40,000 bases of DNA from contig NZ_CP017921.1 in NCBI RefSeq assembly GCF_001889405.1, positions 222,057-262,056 of the forward strand, written 5' to 3'. The position numbers and the translations under genes were made by a program. Position 1 is the first letter of the stretch. Every line of letters begins with the position of its first letter. The DNA comes from Methanohalophilus halophilus (GTDB lineage Archaea; Halobacteriota; Methanosarcinia; Methanosarcinales; Methanosarcinaceae). The notes beneath the pieces are model-generated. The model was not told where the DNA came from, searched no databases, and saw only the letters and a program-made list of their open reading frames with translations. This document shows positions 34,205 through 40,000 of the stretch, piece after piece.

Positions 34205-35431
34205 ATGTCCGATGCAACTGCAAATACTCCTATTGAAAATACCAATAATAATGTCGATACTGCGGAGGAGATGGACTCTGAGATCGAATCACTCAAAAAG
34301 GAAAATGAGGAACTCCGAGTCCAGAGTGAATCAATGAGAGCAAAGCTTCTTGAAGCCAATATGCTGGCAAACAACTACCTCGAGGAAATGGAAAAACTCA
34401 AGGAGCAACTCGAGCGTATTACATCACCCCCCCTTTTCATTGCAACTGTCATGGAAACAGAAGATGACATGGCACTTATCCGCCAGCATGGTAACAATCA
34501 GGAAGTAGTTACACAGATTCCCGCGGAGTTCAAGGAAGAAATCGAACCAGGAGTGCGTGTATCAATCAATGCTGCATTTTCTATTGTATCAATAATGCGA
34601 AAAGCAACCGACATGCGCGCCCAGATTATGGAAGTAATCAACTCCCCTGATGTAGATTATGATATGATAGGCGGCCTGGATGACGTACTCAACGAGGTAA
34701 TCGAATCCGTAGAGATGCCCCTTACCGAACCCGAACTATTCGATAAGATCGGTATCGAACCCCCATCCGGCGTCCTTATGTATGGCGACCCTGGCACAGG
34801 AAAAACACTGATTGCCAAAGCAGTGGCATCCCGTGCGCATGCAAGTTTCATACGCATGTCTGGTTCGGACCTGGTCCAGAAATTCATCGGAGAAGGAGCA
34901 AGGCTTGTGAAAGATGTATTCCAGATGGCCCGGGATAAATCCCCATGCATCCTGTTTATTGATGAGATTGATGCCGTGGGCGGAATGCGTACCCACGACG
35001 GCACCACAGGTTCTGCAGAAGTAAATCGTACAATGCTGCAACTGTTGTCCGAAATGGATGGATTCGAGCCACGCGGCCAGGTCAAGATCATAGCGGCCAC
35101 AAATCGTATTGACCTGCTTGACCCGGCACTTCTCCGCCCGGGAAGGTTTGACAGGGTAATCGAGGTACCAATACCCGATGAGAAAGCGCGCGAGGACATC
35201 CTCAGGATCCACACCCGCCATATGAATCTTGCAGATGATGTGGACATGACCAAACTCGCCAAGATGGCAAACGGACTGAGTGGAGCAGACCTCAAGATCA
35301 TTGTCAAGGAGGCAGGGATGTTTGTCCTGCGTCGCAGGGGCGAACAAATCACCATGAAGGATCTGACTGAAGCCTTCAACAAGGTCACAACTGAAGAAGA
35401 ACAGAGCACAGCAAGCGGGATGTTTGCCTAA
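34205..35431 (+). CDS. pan: Proteasome-activating nucleotidase (AAA+ ATPase)
   Basis: 408-aa ORF with an N-terminal coiled coil, an OB region, Walker A GDPGTGKT, Walker B ILFIDEID and second-region-of-homology motifs. The C-terminal hydrophobic-Tyr/Phe-X-like tail (GMFA) is consistent with proteasome docking. Confidence 0.95.
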   Translation: MSDATANTPIENTNNNVDTAEEMDSEIESLKKENEELRVQSESMRAKLLEANMLANNYLEEMEKLKEQLERITSPPLFIATVMETEDDMALIRQHGNNQEVVTQIPAEFKEEIEPGVRVSINAAFSIVSIMRKATDMRAQIMEVINSPDVDYDMIGGLDDVLNEVIESVEMPLTEPELFDKIGIEPPSGVLMYGDPGTGKTLIAKAVASRAHASFIRMSGSDLVQKFIGEGARLVKDVFQMARDKSPCILFIDEIDAVGGMRTHDGTTGSAEVNRTMLQLLSEMDGFEPRGQVKIIAATNRIDLLDPALLRPGRFDRVIEVPIPDEKAREDILRIHTRHMNLADDVDMTKLAKMANGLSGADLKIIVKEAGMFVLRRRGEQITMKDLTEAFNKVTTEEEQSTASGMFA

Positions 35432-35502
35432 CCCCGCTTCTTGTTTTTACAAAAGCTTAATATAACATAAATTGCTTTAGAATTGTGCCCTCATGGCAAT
35501 GC

Positions 35503-35577
35503 GCTCCGATAGTGTAGCACGGCCAATCATACAGGACTCTCACTCCTGTGACTCGGGTTCGAATCCCGATCGGAGCA
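35503..35577 (+). tRNA. tRNA-Glu (anticodon CUC)
   Basis: 75-nt sequence GCTCCGA...CAGGA-CTCTCAC-TCCTG-TGAC-TCGGG-TTCGAAT-CCCGA-TCGGAGC-A. The acceptor stem is perfect and the anticodon is CTC. Confidence 0.9.
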
Positions 35578-35617
35578 CCTATTTTTCACCACCAAAATAA
35601 AAATACAGCAAAATGCA

Positions 35618-37213
35618 TCAGTAGTTAAAATTAATCGAACCAACTTTTTCCAGAGTGTCAACTTCAGGAGAATAATGCACATTATCCCCTGTTACAACCC
35701 TTTTCGAGATCTCAATCTCCATTTGCCTCATGAACTCATCCACGGTATTACCCATAAGGATAACAGGCAATCCTATCCCGACCATTTCATCAAGCACTTC
35801 TGCCGGATCAGCCTCGGCGCTGAATTGGCGGGTAGGCGCCCTGATATTCCTGGCAAAAGCCTTTGTGGTGCGGCCACCCATGAAAACCTCATCAATGTAA
35901 TCTTTTTCAAAAAGGTGGTTCAGATATTTCACAAAAGAATATGACCTACCCCTTCTTTCATCCCGCAAGTAAACAAAGGGCAGAATCTTCTCTTTACCTG
36001 CAAGCTGCTGACGTATCATTTCCGTGCTTTCCACATCATTCACTTCAGCAGCATTAAAAAGTACACCCGATTCAAGCTCCAGCCACCGAGGTTGCATTGA
36101 CTGCAGATAGGAATCCAACTCTTCATCAGGGATAGGGTCACTGCCAATTTCAGCAAGCACATAATTTAACCCATAAACGGTTTCAGCACCAAGTAAACCC
36201 CTGTGCGTTTCCGGTATTTCTACATTTATTGCAGTAGCCCCACGTTTTTCAATTTCTTTTTTAATATAATCCTGCAACACAGGATTCTGTTCACAGTTAA
36301 TAACCACAGTATTTCTGGGAACTGAACGTGCAAAGGACCTCGCAATCTCACGCTTATCCCTGCCCAGGGTGGAAAGATGGTCCTGTCGCACATTGGTGAT
36401 CACGATAATACGTGGTTTCACAAAAATCTCATTAACCATTCTTGTGGTATATTCAGTTATCGCCTGATTTTCAATGATGACAACGTCCTGCCTTTCATCA
36501 GGAGTATAGGACTCTATTACAGGTACAAATTCCTTGTATCCATGGATGTTTTCATACAACATGACATTTGGACCCAAACGTTCAATCGGTATTGCATAAC
36601 CATTAATTATAAGGTGGGGACGATTGCCGGTAACCTTGGCCAATGTATTATAACCACGCCTTATTAGTATCTCAGAAAGACGACTAACTGTAGAAGATTT
36701 ACCACGAATCCCGACAACATCAATACGTATGTCCGTCATTTCCAGCAGGTCACGATGCTTAATACCTCTTTTAAGAAAACATTTGAAACATTTCAGGGGA
36801 CTGCGTTCTCCTACTTTGATAGTCAGCAGGTCATCACTTTCATCCATTACAAAGCTTTTTTCTGCACCCATCATGTCCATTAACAATGATTGGCGCATTT
36901 TCTCCGCTTCTTCAGATAACTCGAAGTGTTTGGCGCTACATGCAAGCGTATTTCCGGAACAGAAGCTCAATTGCCAGTCCTCTGCATCGGCATGGGCAAC
37001 TTCCATGGAAGGCACTTCATTCAGAGGTACTTCCCTGTATGCATCCACCCCGGCAAGTTTTGATGCCATGGCACGCACCCGGTCCACTTCCCCCCAGGCT
37101 TCCGAGGATAATGAAAACATTTTCCCACTGTAAGCAAGAATGTCTTCATCACTGCGCAATCTCCAGGTCCATTTCCCATTTTTGTTATATATTTCATAAA
37201 TAGCCCGCCTCAT
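35618..37213 (-). CDS. DUF1508(YegP-like) x2 + PgsB/CapB-like Mur-ligase-family amide ligase
   Basis: 531-aa ORF. The N-terminus has two YegP-like repeats (IYEIYNKNGKWTWRLRSDEDILAYSGKMFSLSSEA and WQLSFCSGNTLACSAKHFELSEEA). The core reads IDVVGIRGKSSTVSRLSEILIRRGYNTLAKVTGN ... VVIIENQAI ... IIVITNVRQDHL, collinear with the poly-gamma-glutamate synthase PgsB/CapB P-loop and downstream motifs. Confidence 0.65.
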   Translation of the reverse strand: MRRAIYEIYNKNGKWTWRLRSDEDILAYSGKMFSLSSEAWGEVDRVRAMASKLAGVDAYREVPLNEVPSMEVAHADAEDWQLSFCSGNTLACSAKHFELSEEAEKMRQSLLMDMMGAEKSFVMDESDDLLTIKVGERSPLKCFKCFLKRGIKHRDLLEMTDIRIDVVGIRGKSSTVSRLSEILIRRGYNTLAKVTGNRPHLIINGYAIPIERLGPNVMLYENIHGYKEFVPVIESYTPDERQDVVIIENQAITEYTTRMVNEIFVKPRIIVITNVRQDHLSTLGRDKREIARSFARSVPRNTVVINCEQNPVLQDYIKKEIEKRGATAINVEIPETHRGLLGAETVYGLNYVLAEIGSDPIPDEELDSYLQSMQPRWLELESGVLFNAAEVNDVESTEMIRQQLAGKEKILPFVYLRDERRGRSYSFVKYLNHLFEKDYIDEVFMGGRTTKAFARNIRAPTRQFSAEADPAEVLDEMVGIGLPVILMGNTVDEFMRQMEIEISKRVVTGDNVHYSPEVDTLEKVGSINFNY

Positions 37214-38373
37214 TCATCACCCTCCGAGAACAGAGAAGCATCCCATACATTTTTTTCCATGGGTTTGCCTACCCAGTTAATTTTTACAAAAGCTATCGAT
37301 ATAACAGCGGCCAGCAAAGCCAGAAGTATCTGATAAATACCCACTTCATGGAACAAACCCGTCGATTGTCCCTCCCCCAGGATCCCGGCCAGTATTATGA
37401 GAGGGGCCAGAATGGATATCTGTAGAGGAATGAACAATTTCCTCTCAGCAGGAGGAGTGACATGTAGATTATAAGCATTTAGACCGGCAATCAAACCCAG
37501 GAAAAAGATGGACAAACCACGAGATACCGGGAAAATGAATACAAAGGGAATTGTTAACGCAAGAGAGATAGAAGTTCCAAGCCCAATGAGATTCCTTCCA
37601 TAAAGCAGAGTTGCTTTCTGGATTATGGTTATGCCTATGAAGGAAGCAAGCAGGTTGAAAAAGTAAAGCATCAGGAACCACTTGTTTTCCAGACTGAAGA
37701 TAGCCAGGATGGCCATTGAAACAACACCTACACGAATTCCATAGGACTGCCTGACAATTTCGGAAAATGCCAGAGAAACGATGAACAGGACAAAAGCAGA
37801 AAAACGGTTCATAATGGAAGAGGCAGGATAAACGTCCACTGCAACCTGTTTTAGTAAAGCTATATCTGACTTCGGGCTGAAAAGAATTGGCGGGGTGAGA
37901 CTGCCAATTGTTTCAGCTATAAAAGGATTGATCAACAACCAGGCTGCTGCGATCAGCCCCAGAAAAATACCCACAGAAGTCAATATATCCGCTACCCTGT
38001 ATTGAGGCTTTAGACGGGAATAATTATAAGCCGCCAGCCCGGGAAGAATACTACCAAAGAATACAACTTCAGTGAAATCGTAACCAAGTCCCTTCAGGGA
38101 AAAAAGACCCACCACAGGAAATACCGAACCTATCAGTAATGTGGCAACAAGTTCATTTCTTCCATATATCATTGTATTCTTCTGCAAGTAGAGAAGGCCC
38201 ATGTAAGCAATAATAACACCTACAATGAATAATGGCAACATTAAGAAATTTTTGCAGGTGTAGATGGCAAGCACAGGAACAACAATCACACCTCCCAGAC
38301 GGTAACCAAATAACTGGGTCAATATGATTACTTCCAGAATTCCAATTATAGCCAGGATTACCGCAATGAGCAT
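37210..38373 (-). CDS. Internally duplicated PgsC/CapC-like membrane protein
   Basis: 387-aa polytopic ORF. Both halves contain PgsC-like signatures (GYRLGGVIVVPVLAIY ... MIYGRNELVATLL ... ILPGLAAY, and GIRVGVVSMAILAIF ... LLYGRNLIGLG). Its stop overlaps the start of the PgsB-like gene by 4 nt. Confidence 0.6.
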   Translation of the reverse strand: MLIAVILAIIGILEVIILTQLFGYRLGGVIVVPVLAIYTCKNFLMLPLFIVGVIIAYMGLLYLQKNTMIYGRNELVATLLIGSVFPVVGLFSLKGLGYDFTEVVFFGSILPGLAAYNYSRLKPQYRVADILTSVGIFLGLIAAAWLLINPFIAETIGSLTPPILFSPKSDIALLKQVAVDVYPASSIMNRFSAFVLFIVSLAFSEIVRQSYGIRVGVVSMAILAIFSLENKWFLMLYFFNLLASFIGITIIQKATLLYGRNLIGLGTSISLALTIPFVFIFPVSRGLSIFFLGLIAGLNAYNLHVTPPAERKLFIPLQISILAPLIILAGILGEGQSTGLFHEVGIYQILLALLAAVISIAFVKINWVGKPMEKNVWDASLFSEGDE

Positions 38374-38588
38374 AGATAATATATTGCGTTAAATATATAT
38401 TAGTCTTTCCAAACGATTAATGCAGACAGTTACCTGCATTACCATATACACATTTACCCATAGTGGAACACAACCGCCATAAAATAAATAAAATATATAT
38501 TACAAAAATTATATATGCATATAAGGCTTACTAATAAATAGATAGGGAGCAAGAAGACATCCATCCATTAAAAGGGAAAAGGTACTGA

Positions 38589-39815
38589 ATGCTACTTACA
38601 TATAAAATCCGACACAAAAAGGACTTTTCAGAAGAGATTCGGAAAGCCCGCAAAATTGCCGAATTATGCATCAGGGATCAGATTTCCTCCCGAAATGCTT
38701 CATCTCCCGTGCAAAATGAAAATTCTATACCTTCCTTCCCTCTAACTTCTCAAGAACCCCTCTTTTTTACCCCTATTCCTTCTTTGACCCATCCCCAATC
38801 TTTTTCCAAAACTGGAAATAAACCGATTATGACCTATGATGACGTGAAACACATTGGCCTAAAATCCATTATTTCCAACCAGATACTGAAAAAATATTCG
38901 AAAAATAAAGGGATGAAGAATGTAAAAAATGTCAAACTGGTGATACCAGAACAGGGCATAAAACTAGATAAAAAGCAAAAGGTCCTTTGGATACCATCCA
39001 TTAAATTCAAACTGGAATACCACTTTGATAATAGTTTCAAAAGAATTACCCAGATTGAAGTAGACAATGAATTTGCCCATATCGCGATTGTTTACCCCGA
39101 AAAAGAAACGGAATACCCTGATTCCTACATAGGCGTGGATCGCAACACCCGTGGACATATTGCAGTGGTAGCCCATCCTGAAACAGGAAAAGTGTGGAAA
39201 TTCGGTAAAAACCGGATGCACACACACAAGAAATATGAAAATATGAAAAGACAAGTTGAAAAAAAGGGTAAATTCAAGAAACTCAAAGCACTCAAAGTTC
39301 GTGAAAAGCGAAAGATAAAGGACATGAACCACAAGATCAGTCACAAGATCGTGGATATTGCAATCAGAAATAATAGTGGCATTAAACTGGAAAACCTGAG
39401 TGGCAATAAGAAAAAACCCAGGATTACTAAAGAATACTCCCTGAACAGCTGGTCCTTCCATCAATTACAGCAATTCATAGAATATAAGGCCAGGCTGCAT
39501 GGAGTAAAAATTGCCTATATTGATCCACATTCAACGAGCAAGAATTGCAGCCTTTGTGGACTTACAGGCAAGCGCCACAGTAAAAATTTTGAATGCCCAC
39601 ATTGTGGACATGTTGACCATGCTGATGTCAATGCTTCCTTTAATATCGCATTGAAGAAAAATAGCATAGGTCAATTCACTGCAGAAAGAGATGCAGTGAA
39701 AGGGAGCACTGATGCCCCTCGAATGGCCCTGGCAAGGAACCTCAAAAGGACCCGCAAAGCCAACCATAAAACACCCATACAATATGCATGGGAAGTATGT
39801 CAGTTTTTACCCTAA
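38589..39815 (+). mobile_element. tnpB: IS200/IS605-family TnpB (IS1341-like RNA-guided nuclease gene), no TnpA
   Basis: 408-aa ORF with a RuvC-I Asp (YIGVDRN), a RuvC-II Glu (GIKLENL), a zinc finger (CSLCG ... CPHCGH) and a RuvC-III Asp (HADVNASFNIAL). No Y1 transposase ORF is adjacent. Confidence 0.88.
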
Positions 39816-39822
39816 CAACTTA

Positions 39823-40000
39823 TCAGACAAAATTAGAATACATTTGATCGAAATCTTTGCCTGAAATCGATTCAATTATTGAAATATGATCAGAAGTATC
39901 CACATTACCGGAGGCCAGCAACTTCCTGTTGGCAATTTGCATTCTTTCAAAGCCAACTTTTTCATAAATATCCGATACGAAAACAAAAGATTTACTGTAA
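39823..40000 (-). CDS. Partial CDS (C-terminal 58 codons), possibly GNAT-like; continues beyond the window
   Basis: Manual minus-strand translation gives ...YSKSFVFVSDIYEKVGFERMQIANRKLLASGNVDTSDHISIIESISGKDFDQMYSNFV*. The Y.K.GF pattern resembles the end of GNAT motif A/B. The ORF is truncated by the window edge. Confidence 0.3.
   Translation of the reverse strand, partial: YSKSFVFVSDIYEKVGFERMQIANRKLLASGNVDTSDHISIIESISGKDFDQMYSNFV

Noticed and set aside
34657-35409. Long antisense ORFs (250 aa at 34657-35409 and 203 aa at 34736-35347) opposite the PAN gene
   Set aside because: They are fully nested antisense to a strongly supported AAA+ ATPase gene. Their translations are Ser/Arg/Pro-rich low-complexity sequence typical of shadow ORFs in GC-richer coding DNA.

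Overview
This window looks like an archaeal chromosome segment. tRNA sequences, PAN, the DUF131 pair and the casposon type suggest a Methanosarcinales-like methanogen, but that is inference only. All domain calls come from reading motifs by eye; no database search was run.

The window has three parts.

(1) 0.2-9.1 kb: a PD-(D/E)xK nuclease-like gene, then a type I restriction-modification operon in the order hsdR, accessory gene, hsdS, hsdM. The accessory gene is AT-rich and encodes PIN, GNAT and PUA-like domains. HsdS carries an N-terminal ASCH domain.

(2) 9.1-28.6 kb: an AT-rich accessory island built by repeated casposon integration at the 3' end of tRNA-Leu(UAG).
- The 14-bp sequence agaaaaatagtgcg occurs three times (15212, 19588, 28530). 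Each copy is bracketed by casposon-type terminal inverted repeats (TIRs).
- Next to the tRNA is an apparently intact 8.9-kb casposon with Cas1 casposase, protein-primed PolB, HNH and HTH/RHH genes plus cargo.
- Distal to it is a 4.4-kb element with matching TIRs but no Cas1 or PolB. It carries a HEPN gene and a 754-aa fusion of a methyltransferase-like domain, an HsdS-like target-recognition domain (TRD) and a HEPN-like domain.
- Further distal is a decayed zone with two PolB C-terminal pseudogene fragments, a TIR-like/deoxyribosyltransferase-like protein and a restriction-endonuclease-fold protein.
- A UG/Abi-type reverse transcriptase abuts the point where one PolB is truncated.
- 9.1-10.4 kb is noncoding and dense in repeats.

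(3) 28.6-40 kb: mostly housekeeping genes. These are a SOUL-family gene, an AlkD-like gene, tRNA-Gly, uvrB, two DUF131 membrane genes, a Q/P-rich wHTH protein, PAN, tRNA-Glu, a PgsB/PgsC-like pair, a solo TnpB and a partial GNAT-like gene.

The best candidates for something undescribed are the casposon-mobilised HEPN/MTase-like cargo module, the archaeal UG/Abi-like RT locus, and the PIN-GNAT-PUA plus ASCH-HsdS elaboration of the type I R-M system.
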